Positions 13,041-27,034 of a stretch of 64,000 bases of DNA are shown here, piece after piece. The position numbers and the translations under genes are program-made. This stretch comes from Nemertoderma westbladi (lineage: Eukaryota > Animalia > Xenacoelomorpha), in assembly GCA_032718475.1 (NCBI GenBank), contig JAUCBJ010003342.1:1-64000 (forward strand). Direction: 5' to 3'. The number at the start of each line of letters is the position of its first letter. The first letter of the stretch is position 1. Below the pieces are notes generated by a model. It saw only the letters and a list, made by a program, of their open reading frames with translations, did no database searches and was not told the DNA's origin.

Positions 13041-16000
13041 ATGGCTGACACAAAGCAAACTCTGTCAGATAGTCTCCTAGAAACAACAGTCTGCGACTCC
13101 GACAGGAGTACCGAACATTTGAGACCAAAGTTCAAGTCCCCTCCTACTGTAAGAAAAGTCATCCCTTCAGTAGTAGTATCAGACCCTAGGCTAGTAAAGC
13201 ACCGTAGGTCTATCATAGGCACTCGGGCTCAAGTCAAGCGGGACCAAGAGGCAGCTGTTAAACAGCAGCAACACTCGAACCGAGAACTTATTTCTCAGCG
13301 GCCCGATAGCTCCAGTAGTTCAGATACTGTAGAGTTGACACCCGAGCGCAGAGCAAAGATGGCAGATGCAGTTTATTCGGATCCACTTCTCATTCTTCCT
13401 GAAGCCGTACTCACTAGGGTAGTGATTGTGGTGGAGGAACATCAAATCGATTGGGCGAGAAGTAAGCGATCGACCAAGGACAGTTATGCGGGATACACAA
13501 TAGAAGAACTAAAGTCTATTGTCGAGACGCAATGGAACTTCCCCGGACCCGGACTCCCGTTTAACTTATCAGAAGCTGCCTGGGAAGATTTATACAGGAT
13601 GGGAGTGGTGAAGGACACTAGAGATCCAGCTGTGGGGAAGAGGTCGGCAGCCGGATATGTACAGGGATTCTTCAGCTCTTTGGAGCGATTAGAGGAACAA
13701 CTGTTCCAACAACCCCAGGGACCTCAAGAGCAGGGAGAGCTGCTTTATCAAGTTCAAGAACGAATCCTAAGAATCAGACTAATCCTTTCAGCCTTTGAGG
13801 AAGCCTCGAAGAGAAGCCAAGACACGTCGTTGCAAGTTGCCGTAAAGACTTGGTTCCAACGGGTGAGTCTTAAAGTCCAAGGGACGACCCAATGGAAAAT
13901 TCAGCTAACTGAGCGCTCGACCCACGGAGAATCAACAGACGCTACCTTTTCTCAGGTGGAAAGCGAAGCGACATCAGAGAAACCTCAGAAGAAGGACGCC
14001 ATTGACATCTATCTGTCAGACTATCAATGATTTATAGGTGACAAAGAGTTAAGGAGATGGCTAGCTGGACTTCACCCTAATAGTGAGGGAGCCAAATATG
14101 TGCTAGACTCATTAGATGCAGAAAGGTTAGCAGCGAATTGAGCTAAATTTGATGAAAGAATCCGCATCGTTAGGGTCCAAGAAGAACAGCTAAAGAAAAA
14201 ACAGATAGAAGACAGACAGGAAGCAGCAGCGGCAGCAGCAGCTGCAGAAGCGGAAAGAAAAGCGACAGCAGCAGCTGCAGAAGCGGAAAGAAAAGCGGCA
14301 GAGGCGGAAAGAAAAGCGGCAGAGGCGGAAAGAAAAGCGATAGCAGTAGCTGCAGAAGTGGAAAGAAAGGTGGCAGTGGCGGTGGCGGAAACAAAACGGA
14401 GGGCATCTGAAGAGGCAACCCAACTAGAGTTGGAAAATCTTCAAGAGAAGCAAGACTACTTAAATAAACAGATAATAGCTAGTGATATGCAGATGATAAG
14501 TCGAGCTACTCCCAAGAGACAGGTATTTACATCATCTGATGAAGGCAGTACGACAGATCCTGAAGGTGGAGGAAATAGATCTCGTTACTACAGATGTAGA
14601 AGAACGCCCCACCGTCAGCAATTGCATAATTTGCCTCCAGCCGTGAGAAGGCAACTAGCTAGTGTAGATCTAAGTAATCCTGAGCCTTCAGATCAAATTA
14701 TTAGAGTAGAAAGACTCCCTACCATAGTAGATGAGCCTGAAATAATTAGGCCTGTTCTCAAAGCCACCCCTTCTGTGATAGAGACACCTGTACTTCCAGA
14801 ACCTACCTCTAAATTCCCTTTGCACAGTACTAAATTACCTGTGCCCAATAGAATAGCCGCAGAAACAGTCCCAGTCTTGGACGCCGAGCGAGACATCAAC
14901 GATTTATCGCCCGTCGTCCCTCGTCTACCCGCTACTATGTTGGCGGCTCCCGCTTCAGCGGTCGAGTGGGTGGATGAGGGACGGCGGGGATGGATCTCCT
15001 GCTCGGACAATTGGAGGAACAGCGCCTAGATACCTCCCAGCACATCCGAGAAATGGAAGGGACTGTGCAGCAGTTAAAGGGAACAGTAAGAGAGGGTAGG
15101 TTAGAACTGCAAGAAGTGCAGCAGAGTATCGCGTTAGAACGCGATAAATTAGTAAATATACAAAGGGGTATAACACCACCCCCTATAACAATGTGTCAAC
15201 CTGTTAGGTCTGAAGTATTTCATGCGCAAGGTGTGGAGCCTACACGCATCTATACTGCTAGTGAAGTAGAAACTCCTATAGTAAACCCTATTAAGGGTAC
15301 GATAAACCTGTTGATAATGATATTCCATATAGACCTGATCATAATCCGAGAAATTTATATACCGATAACTTGATATTAAATAATACGATGGCCCAAGAAA
15401 GTTTTACGCGTCAAATGGCTAGAACCGAAGCCCGTCAAGCGGTAAAGGTGGGAGAGATCGTCAAGTTCAACGGAGATGAGATGAAATGGTTACCTTTTTT
15501 ATGAATATTATAAAGATAACATACAGAACTCTGTGCTATCTAATGGAGAGAAACTTAGATTCCTCATCGAGTGCTTGGAAGGATCTCCCAAGTTAATGGC
15601 GTTAAAGTTTATTGGACATCCAGATGGATTAAGACAAGTTTGGGATACACTAAACATCAGGTATGGTAATAGGAATAACATAGCTAGGTATTTGTATGCG
15701 AAATTGGTAGCGCCACGAAAGTTTCTTAGCAGCGGGATTATAGAATTTTCCGATGAGATCCAGGAGATTTGTAGACAATTAGATTGGCTAGGTAAGTCTC
15801 ATGAATATCAGAGTTCTATGGTTATTGGAGCTGTAGCATCTACCTTGCCAAAGGGTGGAGTAGGTACTCGTTGGGACAAAAGAGTTCTATATATGATGGA
15901 ACAACAACAAAGAGACCCTACCATGGCTGATCTCATGTCATTCTTAGATGGAGAGGTAAAATTACAGCTCCTAAAGCATTCCAGAGAGAAGACACTGGAA

Positions 16001-16779
16001 AATAAGGTAAGTGAAAAACCCGTTTCTAGGAGAAAGGTAACACCAGTGTGTTGTACAGACGACGGAGAAAGCCAGACCTCTCAAGAGGAGAACAACGGGA
16101 AAGACACCGAAAGATCTTACTATGTCAACAAAGCACCTAAAGACGTAAGTAAATTTAAGTCTCGAACCAGTGACAGGAGAGAACAGGTAACAAAACTCCT
16201 CCTACGTCTCCTAAGAGAGTTCATGGAAGAAAGCCCGAGGAAAGAACGAGTGTGCACAACAATACCCAAGGTAAAGTAAGTAACATCAAACCAAAATGTG
16301 CATTGTGCGACGGGCCCCACCGTTTAAGTGTGTGTGATGAATTCTTAAAGAAATCCCTAAAAGATAGACGTGATGTCATGTGGGATAAGCGGTTGTGTTA
16401 TAATTGTCTCAGACAAGGACACCAACGGCGAACCTGTTACTCCGATGCGAGGTGTGCTAAGTGCGGCGCGAAACATCATATCTTGTTGCACACCGAATTT
16501 GAAAGAAACAGCACGAGTCAGGTAAGTGAGTCCGAACTACATGTCCAATTCAGTGATATGAACGACACTGACCAAAGTTCTGAGATGGAAGGATTCTACA
16601 CGGACGAATTCTCCGACGAAAACGAATCCTGTTATTTGATAAACACCGCGGTGTATCGAGCGCTTACGTATGAGACTGAAACCGATAACGAAGCGCACCC
16701 GGTTATTCCTGACCGACAACCATCTTGGAAAGCACCAACTCCAACGTCGGAATCCGGGAATTCCCCGTCGTTCAGCTAA
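13041..16779 (+). pseudogene. BEL-B gag (stops and frameshifts)
   Basis: AEAERKA coiled-coil repeats; KFNGD...W and EKLRFLIECLEG (DUF1759-like Pao Gag); knuckles CALCDGPHRLSVC, CYNCLRQGHQRRTC, CAKCGAKHHILLH. Confidence 0.9.
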
Positions 16780-19700
16780 GAGTCCATGGATTAAGTAAGA
16801 GATTTATAGTCCACGCACTCCTGGACTCCGGCAGCACAGGAACGTTCATCGATAAAGAACTAGCTGAAGACATCTTTGCAGGACAACCCAAGTTCCGAAC
16901 TAAGTTGAACCTTTCAGGAATTATGCAGGTTTGGAAATCTACAGTAGCTACAGACTACTATGTAGGCGCGTTGTCCACTCCCCAAGATGAACTAGGAGAA
17001 CACAGCATAAGGTCAGTAAAAATGGTGGCGATAAAGAACTTTGCTACCAGCCAAGTAGAACCTTACAACTGGGATGAAGACGATTTTACCCAGCAACATA
17101 ATATCCCTAGATTCAACACCGACTACCCAGGGGTGCAAATATTAATCGGCCAAAATGCGCATGAGGCGCTTGAGACATTAGAGAAACGACCTGCTCGACC
17201 GCAACCATTGCAAACCTATGCGGGAAGAACTAGAGTAGGTTGGTACTTCACTGGACCTTCCCGTAGAACGCTCATGGAAAGATTACCCACTGAACAAATC
17301 CATCAGATGAGTGAATGGGAAGAAGAAATCAGTGAGGGAGTAATCACACCTGAGGGAACACCATACTCCTCAGATAACGACGATATTACCCAACTATTTG
17401 ACGAGGAAAATATGATAGACCTCCTCACTGAAAGTGAAGCTTGGAGAAACCAAGTGCACCTTTGCCATCTCGTCTATCATGGCGGACAACTCAACTATGA
17501 CGATGAGCTAAATGAGGTGATAGATCGACATAACACTAAGATTCGCGACGAACACGCCGTACGATTCTTTACTCAAGAAGCTGTAGAGCCTAATTCCTAC
17601 GACAAAGCACTATCGGTCGAGGAGGAAAGAGCCAAGCAGATCCAGGCAACGACTACACGTTTCCTTAGAGATTAAGGGAGGTATGAGATTGGTCTGCCAT
17701 TCCGAAAGCAAGAACCTAATTTTATAAATAACCGACCCTTGACGGATAAAAGAATCGCGCAACTACATCGACGCCTTATGGCAAATGCTTCAGCTAAAGA
17801 GATGTACAAGACACAGCTGAAGAAATTCATCGATAAGGGATATGCGGAGCGAGTACCTGAAGAAACACCCATAACTGAGAGAATGTATTATTTAACCCAT
17901 TATTACGTTCCCAAACCTGGTAAACCCAACAAAGTTCGGGTAGTATTTGACGGCTCCGCCGTTTACATGGGCCAATTCCTTAACTCGGAGTTGTTGCCGG
18001 GACCCAACTTACTCCAATCCTTGTTGGGAATACTCTTAAGATTACGGCAATATTCGATCGCCTTCGCCTCGGATATAGAAGGCATGTTCTTACAAGTTAA
18101 GGCGCTGGAAAGGGATCGAGACAGCCTGCGATTACTGTGGTGGCCTGAAGGAGACCTCAGCCAAAAACCTGTGGAGTACTGGATGACCATCCAGGCTTTC
18201 GGAATCATCTCGAGCCCCTCAAACGCCTGTTCAGTAGTGCGCACCACTGCTGATGACAACCGAGACGCCTTCTCTAAAGCGGTTATCGACAACATCAAAC
18301 GGGATATATACATGGACGATAATTTAAAGTCCCTCCCATTGGTGGAAGAAGCCATTGATGTTGCCAAGGGAACGGTAGAGTGTTTGAAATGTGGTGGATT
18401 TCGACTAATCAAATTCACTAGTAACTCCCGTGAGTTTCAGGGATTGATCCCGGTAGAAGACCGAGGAGTTAAAGACCTGGACCTAATCAAGGACGATCTT
18501 CCAGAAACTAAGACGCTTGGTTTGAAATGGGACACGGAGAGAGATATCCTGTTTTTCCAGCTAAAACAGCGAGATAATCCAGTTCGAACTAAACGGATTT
18601 GTCTAAGTATCCTGAGCACTTATTTCGATCCATTGGGATTTATTAGCCCAGTTATATTGGTTGCTCGGAGTTTAGTTCAACAAATGTGGCTTGAAAACCA
18701 CTCGTGGGACGATCCACTTAAGGGAGAACGACTAAAGAAGTGGATGAAATGGGAAGATTCTCTACCATCCATCGAGAACTTTACGATTTCCCGTTCATAT
18801 TTTGGTCATGTTCTCCCCACGTATTCCTATCAACTCCATGTGTTTGGAGATGCCAGCGATATGGGAATAGGTATAGTAGCCTACCAGAGAGTTGAAACTC
18901 CGGATGGAATTAAAGTCGCCTTGGTTACCTCTAAGGCCTTGATAAACAACAAGCTACGAGTTCCTCGAGCGGAGTTAAAGGCGGCTCTATATGCTACAGC
19001 CATCGGCCGGAATGTCACAGAACAGATGACTATCCACTGGAGAAAACTGTCTATTGGACTGATGCTTTACTCGTTTTGGAGTATATAACCAATGAAGTCT
19101 GTCAGTTCAGCGTCTTCGTTGCCAACAGAGTAGCCGTTATACTTAGTCGCACTAGTGTAGATCAATGGAGACATTGCCCTGGGACAATTAATCCAGCCAA
19201 CATCGCCTCCAGAGGAGCAACTCCTCAAGAACTGGTAGACACTCCAGACTGGTTAGGTGGACCCGACTTCCTAAGTAAAGAAGAAGATGAATGGCCTCCT
19301 CATCTTACCACAGCTGAGATTAGACAAGCCAAGGGAGCGGAGAAAGTCAAACCTAAAACCCGGACGAGTAAATCGAAGTTATTTAAACCCGTGATAGATC
19401 TGTCTGTACTACATATTTCCGGAGACGACGCTGTGGATCTAAACTCCCCCGCCACAAATAAGTCTGTTGTGGAAATCAGAGAGAGAGACTGGAAATCTGG
19501 AACACCAGACGTTTCGCAGGGACTCTCACCTCTCCTACAGAGAGCGATACATCACTATAGCTCCTGGAATCGGCTTTGTAAGGCCATTGTATATTTAAAG
19601 CGATGCTTTCATCATCACTACTCCAGGACGAAGATCGCTAGTGATACCGCTCCACTGACATCTGTGCAGGTCCATGCTATTAAAGATCTTCCCAAATATA

Positions 19701-21146
19701 AAATCTCAGATAGGTTTCTGACGGAGAAGATCAGTTACCAGGAGCATGAAGAAACCAATAAGCAGATACTGAGACTCCTGCAATGCTATGAAGATTCCGA
19801 TAAGTATTTCCTGTTGTTGAGAAATCCACAGATGCGCTTAAGGGATCGTTTCTCTAGCACAATGATAGATGGGTTAATACGTATTGGAGGGAGACTAACT
19901 AATGCTCCATTATCCTTTGACACTAAGTTTCCCATACTCATTAGAAATATTGAAATACAAATCAAGATGATTGTAGATGTTCACAGTAAGCTTTAACCAT
20001 GCTGGTAGAGAACGAGTTCTTAGCGAAATTCGAACTCGCTATTATTTTCATAAACCACGTAGAGCTCTGAACCAAGTTCTTAGGAACTGTATACCCTGTA
20101 GGAAAGCATTCAGTAGGCCTTTAACACAGCGAGAGGCAGAATTACTTAGGGAACGAGTAAGCTTCTATGAACCACCCTTTACTAATACCGGTGTGGATTT
20201 ATTTGGCCCTATTGAAGTATATCGTGCCAGGACTATAGTCAAGCGATGATGTGTCATCTTTGTCTTTATGACTTGTAGAGCAATCCATTTAGATATGGTG
20301 AACGATCTATCTACCAACAGCTTCATACTGAGTCTATGCCGACAGATCACTCGCTTTGGAACTAGCAACACGATGAGATCTGATAAGGGGACGAACTTCA
20401 TTGGCACCAATAATGAGATCAAGGCTTACGTTAGAGATTGGAACCAAAGACAGGTGGACGATCAGCTAAGGGTAACAGCATCTAGCTGGACATTCAACGC
20501 ATAAGAAGCATGAAGACCGCATTTCACTTTATAGTGCCGTGACGCGTGTATCTCACCGACGAACTTTTGCGGACGTTAATGGAAGAAATTGCCACCTATC
20601 TTAACGAAAGACCGCTTATGCCAGTCTCATCGAGTCCCGACTCCCTGGAAGCGCTAACACCCGCGCACTTCCTACTGAAGAAACCTGTAGCAATGCTCCC
20701 ACGATCGGAAATCACGGACGGAGACGAATACTGCCGACAAACTTGGCAACTTATGCGGTTATTATCCCGTCATTTCGCTGACCATTTCGAAAAACATTAT
20801 CTGCCTACGCTACAACTTCGAACCAAGTAGTTTGCGCAGCAAGAAAACGTCAGCGCTGGAGATTATTGTGGAAACAGATCCTCCACGTAAGCGGTGGCAG
20901 ACAGGTCGTATCATCGAGACTCATATCTCAGATGACGGTTTAGGGCGATCGGTAGAACTCGTCGTCATGCGACGTAACTTTAAGAAACCTGGAATTGTAT
21001 TCGAAACACAGCAGCTCAATCGCCCAGTTGGTCGTTTATGTTTACTGGAAAGAGACAGAGAACTGTCCGGAAACTATGGAAGGCAAGATACTCTTCCCAC
21101 GACCACCTCCCTAATCCAACAAACATCTAGGGACTCCCCAACGTAA
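16725..21146 (+). pseudogene. BEL-B pol: protease, RT, RNase H, integrase (disrupted)
   Basis: LLDSGS; KVRVVFD, GPNL, DIEGMF, YMDD; FGDAS, PRAEL, WRHCPG; GVDLFGP, SDKGTNF, LNERPL, LTPAHFL. Confidence 0.95.
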
Positions 21147-22650
21147 TAGCGTCTGGAGTGGGTGTATGACCATATTATTTTATATTCGTTTTTATTATTT
21201 TTATATTTAGGTATGTATTATTATGTAATTTTATAATAATCATTTTCTTTAATTTTATTTAGTAGAATGTTATTTTAGCGATTATTTAGTAGATTAGTGC
21301 AATATATACTCGTGTTTATTACTTAATTACTTATATTATATATTTAGTGCAACGGCGAGAAATAATTCTTTTCTTACTGTCCGTATCATATTATAAATAC
21401 GTGACTACAGTAAGATGAAATGTCCGTACTTATTAAAGTACAATAAAGCTCCTACTATACTCAAGTATTATTGGTAAGTAGAGTATTAGGAATGCAAAGT
21501 TCAGATCCTCGTGTCTCGGCTAAACCAAGCTCTGGGTAGACCTTGGAAACGACTTGCCTCTTCTCACTGACATTGCTTCTTGCAATATTGCTCTCATACC
21601 GTATATTAAATAATACATATAGTAACGTGATGTCCCTTTAACAGTAGCGTACAACGCAAATAAATCTGTTAAACCCTTTGACCATCTGTAATTCTAGTCG
21701 ATTAAGATATCGCGGCACCCACCGACAAAATTCTAGAATCAGTGGTTAACGTCCCCAGACATGTTCTGGAATAAATCGGTGCCCATCTTAAATATTACAT
21801 AGTTAATATTTATAAAAATCTATTAAAACAAATGTTATAATAGAGTAAATGCACGCAAATAAACTCTAAGGAGTTTGTAAACCGAGAAAATCTATAAATC
21901 AAGATCTGTTAAAATTTAGATCCTTTAAAAATTCTAGTCGATTAAGATATCGTAGCACTTACCGATTCTCTTAAAAGGACAAATTTCCTAGAATCAAGGA
22001 TCCTAGTCCCCAGACATGCTCTGGAATAAAATTGTGCCTATTTTAATATTGAATAATAAAATTTACGGGAATAAATTTAAATTCATATCCTTTCATGAAT
22101 TTGATAAATTGTTATTTTATACAATTTATAAAATTCCCAAAATTCAATTAATTAATAGATCATGGGAGCGGAGATTCACCCTATTAAGTATATTAGTGTG
22201 CGAGAATCTCCAATATATAGTCAATAGTCGATAAAATTCATAAAATCATGTATAAAGGGGAATATTGACAATTAAAGAATTACTATTAAATAGCATCCCA
22301 GATCTGTATGCATGAGAATTACCCTAATTCTACTGCTAGCTTTCCATAATGTCACCATAGCAACAACCACGCTAGAATTAGAAGCGAGTTAAAAGAACAA
22401 TAGAAAGCTTGCCCCATTGAATAGCATACGGAATAAATAGCGCACTGCTAGTATCCAAGGATACATAATAATAACGTGGCATTCTGGAAGGTACTTGACT
22501 AACGGACAAATAGCCCGAATGTGTACAATTTGTGACAGTTGTGTGGAGTTTGTGCGTTTATAGGTGAATGTTGCTACTAAAGTGTGTTTACAGTAGCTAG
22601 TCGCAGTTGTGAAAGTAGCCCTAACTCTGCAGTGAGAACCTGAAGTAAAT

Positions 22651-22815
22651 CTAAGCCCTTGGGTCGGACAGTGGAGTGACTCGCGCTGGTTATTATTGTC
22701 GTTGTGTAGCTACTACGTTGGCGATAGACACCACGACAACAGTATATCGGCGCTGAGGATCTTGCGCTGTCCGGGGGCCGTGAGGGGTAGGCAGCGACGC
22801 CCACTAGCCTAATTA
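22651..22815 (+). ncRNA. Putative structured RNA element, copy 2, 37 nt upstream of the ORF2 ATG
   Basis: Same stems as 315-476 with compensatory or wobble changes. Confidence 0.55.
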
Positions 22816-22852
22816 TAATTAATTATAATATTGATAAACTCATATAGCAGCT

Positions 22853-25800
22853 ATGACTGAGTTGATAAAAGATGATCTTGATATCAGGGAGCGATATACC
22901 CTACCATTGCAAGCGTTTGTTGATAGTTTAATACGCGGTGACGCTAGTCCCTCTACAACGGAGGACGATGGCCATTATATCGAACTGCCAATGTCCAAGG
23001 AACAACTCACGCATGAATTGGACTATAGAAAATTAACCGTTCGCTATACGCATCGTAATGGTACGTATATGGACTTCTTAACTACTGGCCATCCTATCGA
23101 TTTACACGATACGGACGATGTAGACACCGAAAGGGAAATGGTTCTCTTTAAATATCATACCCAGCGGAGTCGGAACGATAAACTGAGAATCGAACACGAG
23201 AACTCTATTCGAAACCGACTTGAAAGAGAAGACGTTGAAGAGCCGGATAAACGCAGCGACTTCAACGAATATCTGGAATTCTTCAGAGAAACATATCTCA
23301 ATATTGCCAGCCAACAAAATCTAGAAACTCGATATCCTCAAGGTAAACATCATGATCCTATGATAGAACTCAAACGGCTCTATTTCACTATGATGTACCT
23401 TACCGCCGATCGACCCTACCTGTTGTCCCGGATAGCTTCGAACAGATGGAGGAATATTGTAAAACTGGAGAACGGTCACCCGCGTTTCCTCTACAGGACA
23501 TGCATCTATGGTATTACTGCGATGAATGCCCTAGACCCAACCAACAAACGGAAAGACATAAACATCCGCGGAGACGTTGCGCTAAACACAGTTTTACTCG
23601 CTATACTTACGGGAGTTTCAAGTGAAACTTGTTCGACGTGTCACCTACGATTGCTCGACTCAAACGATCCTTGAATAAACCCATGATCAGAGTTCCGGAA
23701 TACTCGGTCAGACCCCCTCATTCCCTAGTGAGACCTCAAACTCTTGATCCTAATAGTATAATGGATCCTCCTGAACTGTATTCACTATTCAAAGATCTTG
23801 TGTTACCCGAACAATTAATCGGTGGCACTTCGGTAGTGGGCTCGCTAGATATTCGCCCATCCTACCTAGCCGGATTAGGACGCGGACATCTAATATCGCC
23901 GTTCAACCCATACAATCATCCTGGGTTAACCCCAATACAACCCGTCACCGAAGTCGAGGAGAGCGTTGTACGAAACGCGTTAGACACTATTCGACAGAAG
24001 ATTGGAAAAGGAACTTACAATTGTTTGGAGAAATGCAAGTTGCAGCAACAAGTCCAAGCGGTGAAGGAGTTGGCCTTACCCCAGTTCGATCGAGAAATCC
24101 AGAACCTCGAGGAAGACATCGAACTTGGACGAACCTATTCTCTACAAGAGTTTTTAGACGAACGCTTACAACGACAAGCGGAGGAAAATCAGCTCGAGGA
24201 GAAACACATCGAAATGGATGAAAGAGAAGAAGCAGCTTTAGCCCAACCCAAAGCTCAAATCCTTATGACGGATCTCTACTCCAAAACCATCATTCATCCC
24301 TCGATGGTTCCCCATTTCGGAGATAAACTCTTCGCAACGGTACAACCCCAACCAGTTGATATCAACCTACGATCTCGAGATCTTATCGCTGACGCTCCTA
24401 TGTTACAGCGTCATGTCAATCTAACTCAATATTATATGGTAAAACCGGAAGATCCTACACATAGTCTAAGGTTTCTACCACTAATAAATCCTCTCGATCT
24501 TGTCGAACTCGAGCAACTGCAGAAACATCTGGATCAGTTAGTGAAAGTAAACTCATTCCGAAAACCTTACAATTTTTCCAGAATAGAGAAGGATATAATA
24601 CCTCCGTATAATCTCGATGGAATTATCAAAACTCGATTAGTCCACTGGAATCTCGACGTGTTATTTGAGGAGGAGAGAATACAATGATATGGAGATGTAG
24701 AGACGTATACTACACAGTATCTGAAGTATAGGGATCTACCTAACGCTAGCGAATGCGCCACCTTGTGGCATCCAGTGGGGATGACCCTAGAAAACACCAC
24801 TAAGGAGTGGAACGAAACTCTTAACGTTATCGAAATGTATGGAGTTGTCACTTACGATAACGAAGGTAGCGTTCCGGTTGGAGAACTGGGAACTACGCGC
24901 ATGATACATATACGAGGACTAGCTGGTTCTACCCACGTATTTACTCGAGCGTGTTCCGACATGGTTGATTATTCTTTTGAGACACTCACCGAGATACAAA
25001 AGAAACTCCGACATGGACAATTCGAACTCGCGCAGCGTTACGTCACCGACACCGAGCGCAAATTGGCCATGGGTATCGATGGATCGATGTTACCTCAACC
25101 CGTGCTCGAGATGTTGTTTAACGAAAGAATCCTTAAAATCGGCTCAGCTGTTTATGGAGATCTCTAAAACGACTTTAGGAACATGGAGAATATCCCTTAT
25201 CCTTTCGTAGATTCACCTGATTGCTCCCTGGGCAGAAGGCCGAGGTTTCTTCCAAACTACGTATGCCAATACACCCAGCGGCATCAACAAAGTACAACGA
25301 ACCTCCATCGGACATCTTGCCTTTCAAGAATACGGATGGAATTTCAAAGTCGGAAACCCTATCAACTATCAACAAATATATGGAGATCATTATTCTCAAT
25401 TATACTTTGACGGACCATTAACTGCACCTGGCGTCGTGTATAGCTTCATGAGTGTTCCACTTCGTCCCTCATTAGCTATATACACTATCTTCGAAAACGC
25501 CGCACTTGTCGGTTGGCTAGCCGATGTGTGCAGTCGTACTATAAGCGCCCATCCCTTAATACTTGGAACCAAACTCACCAAGCTAGATGAACACAATAAA
25601 TTCATCTGTTTCGAATGCTTCAGGCGCTTTCTGACTCCGTTCCGCAACGTTGATAGTCAGTTCAAGGACCGCACTCTGACCAAGCTCAGCCTAAGAGACT
25701 CAGCTGCTGAGAAGTTAGACAGCGCTGGATTCGCCATTTTCAAGGATGTTTGTATACAGAACTTACATTCCTCTGTTATACAAAGACCTCTAATCCCCAC

Positions 25801-26899
25801 GGGTTATTCTATCGTGGAAGTTCAGACACTGGGTTTGCTTGAGGAGACAGCTACACCTACTTCAGCTATGTAATTGGAAGACGAACCAATATGCTTAGAA
25901 TCCGAGGAGATTCAGCCCACAACACCCCGGAGTAGTGACAACGACTACGTCCTGGAATGGTATCAGGGTCCACAATGTCTCACTGCGTACGACTATCGAC
26001 ACGCCAATTATGTCTCTAGGAAACGTTGTCGATTATGCGCAACTCGAGACCATTTCACTCCTTTAGACTCCAACGTACCCTGCTCCTACTTCCATGAACA
26101 GCCTACTATGGAGATCTATTGTGCGTATTGTAGACTCAATAACCTGCACATTTTCTCAGTCTGCCCCCAATTTATGACTCAATGCCATCATTGTCAGTTT
26201 AAAGGACATGCAAGTTTTGATTGCCCTTTCAACCGCGATCTGGAAAGCGTAGATGAAATGATTACCCTGCGCTACATCCGAGCCTGGGAAGCGAACGCGG
26301 ATTTACATTGTGAGTCACGTCATCGCTATTACCCTGGACGCGCCTACCAAGGAGTTTATGCGTTCCACCCTTATCTATTCGCATCTATTGAACAAAAATC
26401 TCGCACACCGAGTTACGAACTAATAAAGCGTGTTGGTGAGAGTATTTCAACCAAATTTGTTCGTAAATATCTCAGGAACATTAATCCCAACGATCTTAAT
26501 TCCTATAACTTGATCAACTTCATTCGTCAAGATCCGGAATATGGCGATTTGTTCATCAACTCGCATCCAGAGCTACAGGAAGTTCATAGGCGACCCTATG
26601 AATATAGAGCCCGAGAACGCGAGTTAGAAAGAACCATCAAACTGAGGAAATTTCTCACTACTCATGGTCCACCTACCGCTCTCGTGCAAACGACTCGTCA
26701 GGGACCAGTAAGAGCTGCTATACTGAAACGCGCTCTGAAGGTTGTTCGACCTCGCTCCACTGAGGTTGATATCGATCAACAGGGTACCTCGACCGGCGGA
26801 TACACCGACCATAATCCTAAACCTTCTGATGCAATTGTATTGCACCCTTCACCCAGGAGTTATAGCCCTCCTAGTAAAGTGACTCGCACCAAAGAGTAA
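22853..26899 (+). pseudogene. BEL-B accessory ORF2: DEDDy-like exonuclease + 3 CCHC knuckles (fragmented)
   Basis: YDNEG (24853); LPQPVLEMLFNERILKIGSAVYGDL; YTIFE; CRLCATRDH, CAYCRLNNLHIFSVC, CHHCQFKGHASFDC; colinear with BEL-A ORF2. Confidence 0.8.
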
Positions 26900-27034
26900 A
26901 GGACTCTTGCTAGCCTCAAAAAACTACGTAAACGCCGTCTGCGTAAGAAAGACTAACTGTTTAGAGTATTTTTATATTTTAGAAACTGTGATTTTTTATA
27001 TTTTATAGAATTAAATCCCATTTTCTGGGAGCGG

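Noticed and set aside
22617-22680. TAACTCTGC...AAGC...GTGGAG resembling a twister ribozyme
   Set aside because: P4 and the pseudoknot partners are missing, and the 5' part is not conserved in the 315-476 copy.
22853-26899. ORF2 as an env gene
   Set aside because: No evident signal peptide, fusion peptide or transmembrane anchor; nuclease and knuckle motifs instead.
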